This document shows, piece after piece, positions 16,037 through 26,471 of a stretch of 64,000 nucleotides of DNA. Made by a program: the position numbers and the translations under genes. The notes below the pieces were generated by a model. It did no database searches. It saw only the letters and a list, made by a program, of their open reading frames with translations, and was not told where the DNA came from. Source of the stretch: Thiotrichales bacterium (GTDB taxonomy: Bacteria; Pseudomonadota; Gammaproteobacteria; Francisellales; CACEW01); contig CANJUQ010000005.1 in NCBI GenBank assembly GCA_947478175.1, positions 6,145 to 70,144 on the forward strand. The letters are read 5' to 3'. Every line of letters starts with the position of its first letter. Positions within the stretch are counted from its first letter, which is position 1.

Positions 16037-18763
16037 ATGTCGACGACGTCTTCACCTATGAATCCATCTGTTAATCCATCTAACGAAATCATCCCTGTTA
16101 ATATTGAAGAAGAGTTAAAACAGTCTTACTTAGACTATGCCATGAGTGTAATTGTCGGGCGTGCCTTGCCTGATGTTCGCGATGGCTTAAAGCCAGTCCA
16201 TCGTCGCGTTTTATTTGCGATGAGAGAATTAGGAAATGATTTTAATAAGCCCTATAAAAAATCGGCTCGTGTCGTGGGGGACGTGATTGGTAAGTATCAC
16301 CCTCATGGTGACACGGCGGTTTATGACACGATTGTTCGGATGGCGCAGTCTTTTTCTTTAAGATATCCCTTGGTCGATGGCCAAGGTAACTTTGGATCGA
16401 TCGATGGCGATTCACCCGCGGCGATGCGTTATACCGAAGTCAGAATGGCCAAGATTGCGCATTATTTATTGAGTGATCTGGATAAAGAGACTGTAGATTG
16501 GGTTCCCAACTATGACGAAACAGAACAGATCCCCGCTGTTTTGCCGACAAGACTCCCTAATTTATTAATCAACGGAACAACGGGTATTGCCGTTGGGATG
16601 GCGACGAACATTCCGCCTCATAACCTGACAGAGATTGTGAAGGCTTGTCTTGCTTTGATTGACGAACCAACTTTATCTATTGATGACTTGATGGAATATA
16701 TCCCGGGTCCTGATTTTCCAACGGCAGGTATTATTTCGGGAAGAGCTGGGATTGTTTCGGCTTATAGAACAGGCCGTGGGTCTATTCAGGTTCGCGCTAG
16801 AACGCATATTGAAACGGAAGATAATGGCAAAGATAAAATTATTATCGCCGAGCTGCCTTACCAAGTTAACAAAGCTAGATTAATTGAAAAAATTGCTGAG
16901 CTCGTCAAAGAGAAAAAGCTCGATGGCATTACAGAGCTTCGAGATGAATCTGATAAAGATGGTATGAGAGTGGTCATTGAAATCCGTCGGGGTGAAGTGA
17001 CAGAAGTGGTTTTGAATAATTTATTTATTCAAACCCAGATGCAAACGTCGTTCGGCGTCAACATGGTGGCTTTAGTTGATAATCGGCCACAGACTTTGAA
17101 TTTAAAACAAGTCTTACAGGCCTTTATTCGACATCGCCAAGAAGTTGTGACAAGACGGACTATTTTTGAATTACGCAAAGCGCGCGAAAGAGCCCATTTG
17201 TTAGAAGGTCTGACAGTGGCCTTGGTTAATATCGATGAAATGATCGAGTTAATTAAAAAATCTAAGACACCGTCTGAAGCCAAAGAACAAATTTTAAATA
17301 GAACCTGGCGTGCGGGTCAGGTCGTCGATATGTTATCCCGTACAGGTTCTGAGACGTCACGTCCTGAGAATTTACCTGACAATTTTGGATTGTTAAAAAC
17401 CGCTGAATATAAATTATCACCCGCCCAGGTCGATGCGATCTTAGAAATGAAACTCCATCGGTTGACTGGGTTAGAACAAGATAAAATTCTGGAAGAATTT
17501 AAAAATTTATTAGATGCCATTAGAAATTTGTTAGAAATTCTGGGCGATGTCACAAGACTCATGAAAGTCATTCGAGATGAACTGACAGAAATTTTAGAAC
17601 TCTTTGGAGATGCCAGAAGGACAGAGATTACAGCGTCGAGCTTAGATCTTTGTATGGAAGATTTGATTACCCAAGAAGATCTTGTGATTACTTTGTCGGG
17701 CGATGGCTATGTGAAATCTCAGCCGGTCAGTGATTATCAAGCCCAGCGTCGTGGCGGTCGAGGTAAATCGGCGACTGGACTAAAAGAAGAGGACTATGTC
17801 AAACGTCTGGTTCTTTCGCATTCTCATGCGACGGTTTTATGTTTCTCTTCGTTAGGTAAAGTTTACTGGAAAAAAGCCTATGAATTCCCACAGGCTACTA
17901 GAACAGCTCGTGGTCGACCGATTAATAATTTATTACCGTTAGAGCCGAACGAAGTCATTGAGGCCATGTTACCCGTCCGTGAATACAGTGAGGATCACTT
18001 TATTATTATGGCGACCGGGGATGGGACCATTAAGAAAACATCTTTAGCGGCTTATTCACGCCCTAGAGCGAATGGAATTAAGGCCATTGAGCTAGTTGAA
18101 AATGATCATTTGATTGGTGTTGAAATTACGACGGGTCAGTCTGAAATCATGTTGTTCTCAGATGCCGGTAAAGCGGTCAGATTTAAAGAAAGTAATGTAC
18201 GTGCGATGGGTCGTGTGGCTCGTGGTGTTCGGGGTATGCGTTTGCAAAAAGACCAGCAAGTGGTTTCTTTGATAGTGGTCACGAATCCTGATGGGCATGT
18301 TTTGACAGCCACGCAGCATGGTTTCGGTAAACGGACCAAGCTCGAAGAATATCGTTTGGTCGGTCGTGGAGCGCAGGGTGTGTTATCTATTCAGACTTCT
18401 GAACGAAATGGCCAAGTGGTCAAAGCTGTCATGGTCTGCGATAGCGATGAAGTTTTATTAATTACGAATGGCGGTGTTTTAGTTAGAACCCGTGCAGAAG
18501 GAATTAGTTTAATTGGCCGAAATACGCAGGGTGTGAAATTAATTAACCTGGGAGAAGGCGAGGCGTTAGTGGGTCTACAAAGAGTCGATGAACCTTCGGA
18601 AGAAGAAATCGAAGCTTTGGCATCTTTGCCACCACCAGTGATATCTAGCCAGTTTGATGAAGGGGAATCTTCTGTAGACCAGCCGGATGATACGGTGGAT
18701 GAAGAGTTGCCTGAGGAGTCAGCGGAATCTGAAGATCCAGAAGACGAAGAAGAATCTGAATAA
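16037..18763 (+). CDS. gyrA: DNA gyrase subunit A
   Basis: [19 protein letters not shown] and AAMRYTE (active-site Tyr). Length is 908 aa, with an acidic C-terminal tail. Confidence 0.97.
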   Translation: MSTTSSPMNPSVNPSNEIIPVNIEEELKQSYLDYAMSVIVGRALPDVRDGLKPVHRRVLFAMRELGNDFNKPYKKSARVVGDVIGKYHPHGDTAVYDTIVRMAQSFSLRYPLVDGQGNFGSIDGDSPAAMRYTEVRMAKIAHYLLSDLDKETVDWVPNYDETEQIPAVLPTRLPNLLINGTTGIAVGMATNIPPHNLTEIVKACLALIDEPTLSIDDLMEYIPGPDFPTAGIISGRAGIVSAYRTGRGSIQVRARTHIETEDNGKDKIIIAELPYQVNKARLIEKIAELVKEKKLDGITELRDESDKDGMRVVIEIRRGEVTEVVLNNLFIQTQMQTSFGVNMVALVDNRPQTLNLKQVLQAFIRHRQEVVTRRTIFELRKARERAHLLEGLTVALVNIDEMIELIKKSKTPSEAKEQILNRTWRAGQVVDMLSRTGSETSRPENLPDNFGLLKTAEYKLSPAQVDAILEMKLHRLTGLEQDKILEEFKNLLDAIRNLLEILGDVTRLMKVIRDELTEILELFGDARRTEITASSLDLCMEDLITQEDLVITLSGDGYVKSQPVSDYQAQRRGGRGKSATGLKEEDYVKRLVLSHSHATVLCFSSLGKVYWKKAYEFPQATRTARGRPINNLLPLEPNEVIEAMLPVREYSEDHFIIMATGDGTIKKTSLAAYSRPRANGIKAIELVENDHLIGVEITTGQSEIMLFSDAGKAVRFKESNVRAMGRVARGVRGMRLQKDQQVVSLIVVTNPDGHVLTATQHGFGKRTKLEEYRLVGRGAQGVLSIQTSERNGQVVKAVMVCDSDEVLLITNGGVLVRTRAEGISLIGRNTQGVKLINLGEGEALVGLQRVDEPSEEEIEALASLPPPVISSQFDEGESSVDQPDDTVDEELPEESAESEDPEDEEESE

Positions 18764-18775
18764 TCCGAATAATCT

Positions 18776-18854
18776 GTAGGGGCGAACCTTGTGTTCGCCC
18801 GTGATCGGCACCTGCTACTTGAACGAGGGCGGACACGCAGGTCCGCCCCTACAC
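18776..18854. repeat. REPIN (two inverted REPs)
   Basis: GTAGGGGCGAACCTTGTGTTCGCCC at 18776-18800. An inverted copy at 18827-18854 reads GTGTAGGGGCGGACCTGCGTGTCCGCCC on the minus strand. Confidence 0.85.
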
Positions 18855-18918
18855 CCTTGCTATTAGATAGGCCAATCCAATCTTAAATTTATTATTTTAA
18901 CGGGGGCATATTTGCATA

Positions 18919-19992
18919 ATGGATCCTAAAAATTGTTATAACTTTTGTGCTGGACCGGCTGTCTTCCCAGAAGAAGTTTTAATCAAAGCCCAAGATGATT
19001 TATTAAATTATTCACAATTGGGAACATCGATTTTATCTATCTCGCATAGATCTAAAGAATTTTTAGAACTGGCTAACAGGGCCAAAAAAAATCTTAGAGA
19101 GTTATTAAATATTCCCAGCGATTATGAAATTTTATTTCTCCATGGTGGCGCTAGCTGGCAAGCAGCCATGATTCCTGCGAATTTTTTATTGCCCGGCCAG
19201 ACGGCTAATTATATTAATACGGGGCATTGGTCCCAAAAAGCGATTAAAGAAGCCGAATATTTCGGAAAAATTAAAACCATTGCATCTGGCACCGACGCCG
19301 CCATGAATTCAAATTGGCCCATTGATCCAACAGCCGCTTATTGCCATTTTACGCCCAATGAGACTATTGATGGCATTGAGTTTTATGATTTCCCTAAAGA
19401 TTCGCCAATCCCATTGATGGCTGACATGTCATCGACCATTCTTTCTCGAGAATTTGATATCAGTGGATTAGATTTAATCTATGCAGGGGCTCAGAAAAAT
19501 ATGGGGCCGTCAGGATTATCCGTGGTTATTTTGAAGAAAAAATTATTAGAAAAAACTAATAAAAACTTGCCGACCATGATGTCGTATCAAGTCCATGTTG
19601 ATGCAGATTCGATTTATAACACGCCTGCGACGTTCTCTTGGTACTTGATGGGTGAATTTTTAGAATGGGTTAAACAGCAGGGCGGTTTGGCTGAGATGGG
19701 TCGCCGTAGTCTTGAAAAATCTAGTTTGCTTTATGATTTTATTGATCAAAGCGATTTTTATGAAAATAAAATGCCTGTCAAAATTAGGTCCCGTATGAAT
19801 ATTCCGTTTTTATTAGCCAGGCCTGAGCTAGATAATTTATTTTTGAAAGAAGCCGAGCAAACGGGTTTAATCAATCTACAAGGCCACCGAGTGACAGGAG
19901 GCATGCGAGCGTCTTTATATAACGCGATGCCGTTAGAGGGCGTGAAAGCTTTAATTAATTTTATGAAAGAATTTGAGAGAAAAAATGGCTGA
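18919..19992 (+). CDS. serC: Phosphoserine aminotransferase
   Basis: NFCAGPA N-terminus and GAQKNMGPSG (PLP lysine region). Length of 357 aa. Confidence 0.9.
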   Translation: MDPKNCYNFCAGPAVFPEEVLIKAQDDLLNYSQLGTSILSISHRSKEFLELANRAKKNLRELLNIPSDYEILFLHGGASWQAAMIPANFLLPGQTANYINTGHWSQKAIKEAEYFGKIKTIASGTDAAMNSNWPIDPTAAYCHFTPNETIDGIEFYDFPKDSPIPLMADMSSTILSREFDISGLDLIYAGAQKNMGPSGLSVVILKKKLLEKTNKNLPTMMSYQVHVDADSIYNTPATFSWYLMGEFLEWVKQQGGLAEMGRRSLEKSSLLYDFIDQSDFYENKMPVKIRSRMNIPFLLARPELDNLFLKEAEQTGLINLQGHRVTGGMRASLYNAMPLEGVKALINFMKEFERKNG

Positions 19993-20719
19993 TCAAAAAC
20001 CTAAGATTAATAAAATAATTACGATTGATGGCCCGAGTGGCGTTGGAAAAGGCACGGCGGCTAGATTAATTGCTAAGCAGCTTGGCTGGAAATGGTTAGA
20101 TTCTGGGGCTTTATATAGATTAACAGCCTTGGCGTCAGAGCGTCTGGGTGTCTCTGTAGATGATCAAGAAAAATTAGCTCAAATTGCCCGAAATTTAAAA
20201 GTTGAATTTGTGCCAGATGAAGAAGGTTTAGAAAGTTTGGATCCACCGATTTTATTAAACGGTGAGAAAGTAAATAATTTAATTAGAACAGAAACCTGTG
20301 GCAACCGGGCTTCTTCTATTGGGATTCATCCTGAAGTTAGAGCGGCGTTATTTGATTTACAACGATCTTTTTATGATCCAAAGATTGGATTAGTGACCGA
20401 TGGGCGAGATATGGGGACCATTATTTTCCCCGAAGCCCCGCTCAAAATCTTCTTAACCGCGAGTGCAGAAGAGCGTGCGAAGCGGCGCCAGCGGCAGTTG
20501 AACGGACAGGGTATCGATGTTAACATCGCGCCCCTTTTGGCTGAGATAGAAGCACGGGATTTACGTGATAGAACACGGAAAGTCGCGCCTCTCGTCCCTG
20601 CCAAGGGTGCGTTGGTGATCGATACTTCGTGTTTGGGTCCCTCGCAGGTGTGTCGATTAATTTTTGATCAAATTCATGTTGCTTTTAGCCTGCCGGTTTT
20701 AGAGCAAACTTTGAATTAG
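19985..20719 (+). CDS. cmk: Cytidylate kinase
   Basis: ITIDGPSGVGKGT P-loop, LDSGALYR, DGRDMGT. I prefer the ATG at 19985, which overlaps the serC stop (ATGGCTGA), over the track start at 19973. Confidence 0.88.
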   Translation: MADQKPKINKIITIDGPSGVGKGTAARLIAKQLGWKWLDSGALYRLTALASERLGVSVDDQEKLAQIARNLKVEFVPDEEGLESLDPPILLNGEKVNNLIRTETCGNRASSIGIHPEVRAALFDLQRSFYDPKIGLVTDGRDMGTIIFPEAPLKIFLTASAEERAKRRQRQLNGQGIDVNIAPLLAEIEARDLRDRTRKVAPLVPAKGALVIDTSCLGPSQVCRLIFDQIHVAFSLPVLEQTLN

Positions 20720-20802
20720 TTTAAAAATTAATTCGGCAATATTTTTAATTAACCAATAGTTTCTAGATTTATTTTTATATTTCTAGACCAAGGAAATTTT
20801 TC

Positions 20803-22479
20803 ATGAGCGTAAGCTTTGCACAATTGCTTAAAGAAGAAGGTTTAAGCGAACTCAATACCCAGCCAGGAACCGTTCTCAAAGGTAAAATTCTGGCCATCGA
20901 TGATACCCATGTTTTAGTCGACGCCGGGATGAAATCCGAAGCGTGGATTTCAAAAGACCAATTTAGAGACGCTAATGGCGATATGACCATTAATGTCGGC
21001 GATGCTATCGATGTGGCACTTGATGCCATTGAAGATAATCACGGCGGTACCCGTTTATCTCGTGAGCGTGCAAAACGAATGGAAGCTTGGACAGAGCTTG
21101 AAAGAGCGGCTCAAGAAGGCACCATCGTTCATGGTGTGATCACTGGCAAAGTCAAAGGCGGTTTCACTGTCGATTTAGCCAATGTCCGTGCGTTCTTGCC
21201 TGGATCTTTAGTCGACGTCCGTCCGTTGCGTGATACCAGTTTCTTAGAAGGCAAAGATCTAGAATTCAAAGTCATCAAGATTGATGTTAAGAGAAATAAT
21301 ATTGTTGTTTCTCGTCGTGCAGTCATTGAAGCTGAAAGCTCCGCTGAAAGAGATGCGTTATTAGAAAATCTCCATGAAGGTCAAGTGACAGCTGGTATTG
21401 TTAAAAATCTAACCGATTACGGCGCATTTATTGATCTAGGTGGAATCGATGGCTTGTTACACATTACAGACATGTCCTGGAAACGTATTAAGCATCCTAG
21501 TGAAATGATCGCTGTGGGCGATGAGCTTCAAGTTAAAATTTTGAAATTTGATGCTGAGAAAAATCGTGTTTCTTTGGGCTTAAAACAATTAGGCGATGAT
21601 CCATGGAAAAACATGGTCGCAGAATTCCCAGAAGGCACCCGTGTTCATGGTCGTGTGACGAATATTGCTGACTACGGTTGCTTTGTTGAATTACGTGAAG
21701 GCGTTGAAGGCTTAGTGCATGTGTCTGAGATGGATTGGACGAATAAAAACGTTAACCCATCTAAAGTTGTTCAGTTGGGCCAAGAAGTAGACGTCATGGT
21801 TCTCGAAGTAGATCCAGAGCGTCGCCGTATTAGCTTGGGCTTGAAACAATGTATTGAAAATCCATGGAACCATTTTGCTAAAACTCATCAAAGAGGCGAC
21901 AAAGTCAAAGGTAAAATCAAATCTATTACTGACTTTGGTATCTTTATTGGTTTAGATGGAAACATCGATGGATTGATTCATCTATCAGATCTTTCTTGGA
22001 ACAAAACCGGCGAAGATGTGGCTCATGAATTTAAGAAAGGCGACGAGATCGAAGCCATTGTTTTGGCTGTTGATGCTGAACGTGAGCGTATTTCTCTAGG
22101 TATGAAACAAATGGATGATGATCCTTTATCTAATTTCACAGCCAATTGCGAAAAAGGGACAATCTTGAAAGGGACTGTGACTGAAGTCGATGAAAAAGGC
22201 GTGATGGTTAAATTATCAGACGGTGTGATGGGCTTTATTCGTTCGTCAGAACTTGCTGAAGAGCGCGTTCAAGATGTCAGTCGTTATGCGACCGTTGGTC
22301 AGGAAATCGAAATGGCCTTCATGGGCGTCGATCGTAAAAACCGTTTGGTGAATTTATCGCTTCGTTTGTTAAACCAAACTCAAGAGCGTGAAGCAAGAGC
22401 TGCGTTTGATGCGGTTCAAGATGCGGATAAAAGAACCACGACGATTGGTGATTTAATCAAAGAAAAATTAAATAAATAA
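20803..22479 (+). CDS. rpsA: 30S ribosomal protein S1
   Basis: Six S1 repeats (for example [20 protein letters not shown]). Length 558 aa. RBS is AAGGAA. Confidence 0.97.
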   Translation: MSVSFAQLLKEEGLSELNTQPGTVLKGKILAIDDTHVLVDAGMKSEAWISKDQFRDANGDMTINVGDAIDVALDAIEDNHGGTRLSRERAKRMEAWTELERAAQEGTIVHGVITGKVKGGFTVDLANVRAFLPGSLVDVRPLRDTSFLEGKDLEFKVIKIDVKRNNIVVSRRAVIEAESSAERDALLENLHEGQVTAGIVKNLTDYGAFIDLGGIDGLLHITDMSWKRIKHPSEMIAVGDELQVKILKFDAEKNRVSLGLKQLGDDPWKNMVAEFPEGTRVHGRVTNIADYGCFVELREGVEGLVHVSEMDWTNKNVNPSKVVQLGQEVDVMVLEVDPERRRISLGLKQCIENPWNHFAKTHQRGDKVKGKIKSITDFGIFIGLDGNIDGLIHLSDLSWNKTGEDVAHEFKKGDEIEAIVLAVDAERERISLGMKQMDDDPLSNFTANCEKGTILKGTVTEVDEKGVMVKLSDGVMGFIRSSELAEERVQDVSRYATVGQEIEMAFMGVDRKNRLVNLSLRLLNQTQEREARAAFDAVQDADKRTTTIGDLIKEKLNK

Positions 22480-22516
22480 TAAAAATTATTTAAATTTTTT
22501 GAGATTAATTTGAGAT

Positions 22517-22547
22517 TAAAAAAGGCGCTGATGGCGCCTTTTTTTAT
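22517..22547 (+). terminator. Rho-independent terminator after rpsA
   Basis: aaaaaaGGCGCtgatgGCGCCttttttt, a GC stem followed by a T-run. Confidence 0.75.
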
Positions 22548-22618
22548 TTTTTATTTTTCTATTGAATTTCAGCAGCGTTTCCGGGAATCTCCGCGCTGTT
22601 TTTCAACAGGAGAGAGTG

Positions 22619-23347
22619 ATGAAAATTATGACCAGAACAAGTGCGTTTAACTTTATGTATAAAGCGATTTTTGTAGCAACAGGAATCACAATGATGGCAA
22701 GTGTCGCTATGGCGTTTGGAGCAGAAAGGGCGCTTTATACGGCACGACTACGTGCTTCTTCCCGTCCTTCTTACGATTGTTCTTTAACTGATTTGGCGAC
22801 TTATTGGTTCGTCAATACGACGGCGTATGTTAATTTTAAAGTTTTACAGTGGGGGGACAATGCTTGTCCTTCAGGTGTGATCTCTGCGTTTAGATCAGTT
22901 GTTTCAAAAGTTAATATTTCTGATATTGCTAGGGTATCGAGCGCACCGGTTGGTATTATTGAAGGTTCTGGCGCAATCGGAACACGTTGTACTAATACGA
23001 GGTCTTTTACAGGGGATACTTGTGCTCCAGCGCAGTATTCTTTTATTAATACAGGTACTGTGCCACTTTCTCAGGACGCATTAAATAAATTAAAAAGCGT
23101 GGTTGCTTATTTTGAATCAGTCCGATCTGGGTCAATAGTAACAGGTGCAATTATCGTGGGTGTGGTCGTGGGATCTATTGCTTTGGTAGCATTATTTGTA
23201 GGTATTAAAATTTATTGTCAGAAAGAAGCGCAACGAGATGCTGCTTCCAATATCCAAAGCGCTGCAGTTTTCAACGCTAACACAACAGCCATAACCACAA
23301 TTACAGCGCCATCAAGCCAAATTGAAAATCCCCTGCAACGCATATAA
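22619..23347 (+). CDS. Orphan membrane protein (signal/anchor, 4-Cys ectodomain, C-terminal TM)
   Basis: ATG at 22619 follows AGGAGA. N-terminal hydrophobic segment is AIFVATGITMMASVAMAFG. The second TM is GAIIVGVVVGSIALVALFVGIKIY. No family recognised. Confidence 0.55.
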   Translation: MKIMTRTSAFNFMYKAIFVATGITMMASVAMAFGAERALYTARLRASSRPSYDCSLTDLATYWFVNTTAYVNFKVLQWGDNACPSGVISAFRSVVSKVNISDIARVSSAPVGIIEGSGAIGTRCTNTRSFTGDTCAPAQYSFINTGTVPLSQDALNKLKSVVAYFESVRSGSIVTGAIIVGVVVGSIALVALFVGIKIYCQKEAQRDAASNIQSAAVFNANTTAITTITAPSSQIENPLQRI

Positions 23348-23438
23348 CTATATATTGGCGAAGGTCGATTTTGTGTTTGCTTGGTTTTTGAGCCTCCTGT
23401 AAACTCGCGCGTTTTTAAATTTTACTAAGGGGTTTTTC

Positions 23439-24242
23439 ATGGGTTTGTTAACAGGTAAAAGAGCATTAATTACGGGCATTATGAGCCATCGGTCGATTGC
23501 CTATGGCATTGCAGAAGCTATGCATCGTGAAGGTGCTGAGTGTGCGTTTACTTATTTGAATGCTGACATGAAAGATCGCGTTGAAAAATTAGTGAAAGAT
23601 TTTAATCCAAAAGCTTTATTGCCCTTAGATGTCGGTCATGATGATCAAATTAACCAAGTGTTTAAAGATTTAAGCCAAGTCTGGGATGGCTTGGATATTA
23701 TTGTTCATGCCATTGCTTATGCCCCAGCGGATCAATTAGATGGGGATTTCTTAGCCCATGTGACTCGGGATGGTTTTAAGATTGCGCATGATATCTCTGC
23801 GTATTCTTTCTGTGCTTTAGCTCAGGCAGGCCGTGCCATGATGCAAGGTCGTCAGGGATCTGTTTTGACTCTGACTTATTTTGGCGCTGAAAAAAGCATT
23901 CATAATTACAATACGATGGGCTTAGCCAAAGCTAGTTTAGAAGCCAGTGTCAGATATGGCGCAGCCTGTTTAGGGCCTCAGGGCATTCGTATGAATGCGA
24001 TTTCAGCGGGTCCCATTAGAACCCTGGCTGCTTCAGGGATTAAAGGCTTTAGAAAAATGCTTGATCAAAACGCAGCGATTGCACCGTTGCGTCGTAATGT
24101 GACTATCGAAGAAGTGGGTAATGCGGCTGCGTTCATGTGTTCAGACTATGCGTCAGGAATTACCGGTGAAATTCTGCATGTGGATTGCGGATATAACACG
24201 GTGGGAATTCCTGTTCCCATGGATGAAAGAGAAGATGCGTAG
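23439..24242 (+). CDS. fabI: Enoyl-ACP reductase (NADH)
   Basis: GKRALITGI, the Y-x6-K region ([13 protein letters not shown]) and [14 protein letters not shown]. Confidence 0.93.
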   Translation: MGLLTGKRALITGIMSHRSIAYGIAEAMHREGAECAFTYLNADMKDRVEKLVKDFNPKALLPLDVGHDDQINQVFKDLSQVWDGLDIIVHAIAYAPADQLDGDFLAHVTRDGFKIAHDISAYSFCALAQAGRAMMQGRQGSVLTLTYFGAEKSIHNYNTMGLAKASLEASVRYGAACLGPQGIRMNAISAGPIRTLAASGIKGFRKMLDQNAAIAPLRRNVTIEEVGNAAAFMCSDYASGITGEILHVDCGYNTVGIPVPMDEREDA

Positions 24243-24248
24243 AAATAT

Positions 24249-25223
24249 ATGGGCCCCCTCTCTGTCCCTCAACGCGGCTGCGTTTCGGGCCTGTCTCTCC
24301 CGCAGGGGGAGAGACGAGATCTATCGAATTTTTCGGTATTTTTCTCAAATTCCCATGACCCTTATTTAAATTTGGCCCTGGAAGACTGGATTTTTAAAAA
24401 TCTTGTTCATGAAAATAATACAGGGCCTATTTTATTTTTTTATATTAATAAGCCTTCTGTGATTATCGGTCGTGCACAAAATCCGTGGTTAGAATGTAAT
24501 TTACAAACAATGTCAGAAGATAAAATTTTGCTAGTCCGGCGCCAGAGTGGTGGCGGGGCGGTTTATCATGATTTGGGTAATTTAAATTTTTCTGTTTTAG
24601 CCAATTTAAAATTTTTTAATAAAACTCAAAATTTAGATTTAATGATTCAGGCCCTAAATTTTTTTAATATCAAAGCTCATAGAGGGCCACGCCATGATTT
24701 ATGGGTAGGCAATAAAAAAATTTCAGGCTGTGCTTTTAGACAAACTAAAGATAAAGCTTTTCATCATGGGACTTTATTAATTAATGCTGATCTAGCAGCT
24801 TTAGGGAATTATTTAAAATCACCTGACGAAAATAAGATTCAAGAATCTAAGGGTGTTAAGTCTGTTAGATCTTCTGTTATGAATTTGTCTGAATTAATTA
24901 AAAATTTAAAACCAGAAGATTTAATTAATAAAATTTCTGAAAAATTTGCAGAATATTATTCCTTAGGAACGCAATTGATTAAGCCCAGATTGATTACGCC
25001 TGGGATGATTCAAGATGCTACGGCCATGATGGAAGAATTTAAAAATTTTGACTGGCTCTATGGCAAAACATTGCCGTTTGAAATAACGCGCGAGATTAAG
25101 TTATCTGATGGGAAAGTATTAAAAGCTAATTTATGGATTGAGCAGGGATTAATTAAAAAAATATTGGATCCTGTAGATGATTTGAGATTAGATTTTTTAT
25201 TGAACACGCCATTATTTTTTTAA
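24249..25223 (+). CDS. lplA: Lipoate-protein ligase A; start uncertain
   Basis: SNSHDPYLNLALEDWIF aligns with SDSYDPWFNLAVEECIF in E. coli LplA. RRQSGGGAVYHDLGN and KISGCAFR are present. The only canonical in-frame start (24249) adds about 25 codons that span a GC-rich hairpin. Confidence 0.8.
   Translation: MGPLSVPQRGCVSGLSLPQGERRDLSNFSVFFSNSHDPYLNLALEDWIFKNLVHENNTGPILFFYINKPSVIIGRAQNPWLECNLQTMSEDKILLVRRQSGGGAVYHDLGNLNFSVLANLKFFNKTQNLDLMIQALNFFNIKAHRGPRHDLWVGNKKISGCAFRQTKDKAFHHGTLLINADLAALGNYLKSPDENKIQESKGVKSVRSSVMNLSELIKNLKPEDLINKISEKFAEYYSLGTQLIKPRLITPGMIQDATAMMEEFKNFDWLYGKTLPFEITREIKLSDGKVLKANLWIEQGLIKKILDPVDDLRLDFLLNTPLFF
24293..24315. repeat. 9-bp-stem GC-rich hairpin inside the predicted lplA 5' end
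   Basis: gtctctccc gcagg gggagagac. Confidence 0.7.
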
Positions 25224-26356
25224 TCCATGATTTTTAAGCGAGCGTCAGGCAGCGCAGGTTCAATTTCTAGTGATAACCCATGCGGTAGAGATAAATCTAC
25301 GGATTCAATTTTTTCAAATCTTGAAGAAATTTTCTTGGCGGAAATATTAATATTTTTGACGTCGTCATTGGCCTGGGAAATATGTCTTTCTAAATCATCC
25401 ATGCGTTTTTGAAAGCGATCGAAATCTTTGGATAAAAACCCCAGGTGCTCTTGAATTTCATGGACCTGTTGTTTGGTTGCATCATCTTTTAAGACCGCTT
25501 TAGCCGTCGTTAAAATTGCCATCATGGTGGTCGGTGAAGCGAGCCAGACTTTGTTTTGATAAGAAAGCTCTACTAAATCTGGATAATGTGCATGGATCTC
25601 AGCAAAAATAGCTTCAGCGGGAATAAACATCACAGCGCCTTCGGCGGTTTCTGGCGGGCAGATATATTTACTCGCAATATCTTGAATATGGGTTTTGATA
25701 TCTTTGCGAAAATTTTGTTCAGCGATTTTTTTGTCCATTTCGCCAATATTTTGATCCATCAGTCTTTGAAAATTTTCTAAAGGAAACTTTGCATCTATGA
25801 CAATATTTCCGCTCGGTTCTGGTAAAAATAATAAACAGTCACAGCGCTTGCCATTTTTTAACGTATGTTGGAGCGAAAAAGATTGGGCGGGCATGAGATT
25901 TTTAATTAAAACTTCGAGTTGAATTTCGCCGAAAGCGCCTCTAGATCTTTTGTCTTGTAAGATTTCTTTCAAGCTAGTGACATTGCCAGAAAGTTCTGAA
26001 ATTTTTTGTTGAGCTTGATCAATCAAAGCTAATCTTTTGACAATATCAGTAAAAGTCGCCGTGCTTTTTTCAAAGCCAGCCGCCAATCTTTTTTCAACTT
26101 GTTGATTGATTTCTTGGAGGCCTTGCAAAGTCGTTTGGTTTAAATGCTGAACGCGTTCGGATAATAAGCGAGTATTAGATTCTAAAGTTTGTTTCAAAGT
26201 ATCGGCTGTCTCTCGACGGCCTTGTTGCAAAGTATTTTGCATCTCAAGAGAAAGCTGATGAAATCGTTCTGACATTTCTAATCGAATCAAAAATTTCAAA
26301 ATAAAACCCAATAAAACCAGGGCGATAATAACAATCAAAATCAAAACAAATGGCAT
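25220..26356 (-). CDS. rmuC: DNA recombination protein RmuC
   Basis: N-terminal TM, long coiled coil, then the RmuC C-terminal nuclease-like region (DCLLFLPE..IVIDAKFPLE, MFIPAEAIF). I prefer the ATG at 26356 over the TTG at 26416. Confidence 0.8.
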   Translation of the reverse strand: MPFVLILIVIIALVLLGFILKFLIRLEMSERFHQLSLEMQNTLQQGRRETADTLKQTLESNTRLLSERVQHLNQTTLQGLQEINQQVEKRLAAGFEKSTATFTDIVKRLALIDQAQQKISELSGNVTSLKEILQDKRSRGAFGEIQLEVLIKNLMPAQSFSLQHTLKNGKRCDCLLFLPEPSGNIVIDAKFPLENFQRLMDQNIGEMDKKIAEQNFRKDIKTHIQDIASKYICPPETAEGAVMFIPAEAIFAEIHAHYPDLVELSYQNKVWLASPTTMMAILTTAKAVLKDDATKQQVHEIQEHLGFLSKDFDRFQKRMDDLERHISQANDDVKNINISAKKISSRFEKIESVDLSLPHGLSLEIEPALPDARLKIMD

Positions 26357-26471
26357 GGAAAAACACTTTAAAATTTTTGAGCGCGCAAGGGTAAGTTGTA
26401 CCCCACTCGCGGTCAATCCATGTTTACGATATGAATGCCGGCTTTATTCAGGATGGAATGATATTTAATCA

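Noticed and set aside
16673-18836. Several 60-84-aa minus-strand ORFs.
   Set aside because: They are antisense to gyrA. The last one also runs through the REPIN. None has support.
24121-24369. ORFs 24121..24369(+) and 24160..24348(-).
   Set aside because: They overlap the fabI 3' end and lplA 5' end in other frames, and they are driven by the GC-rich hairpin element.
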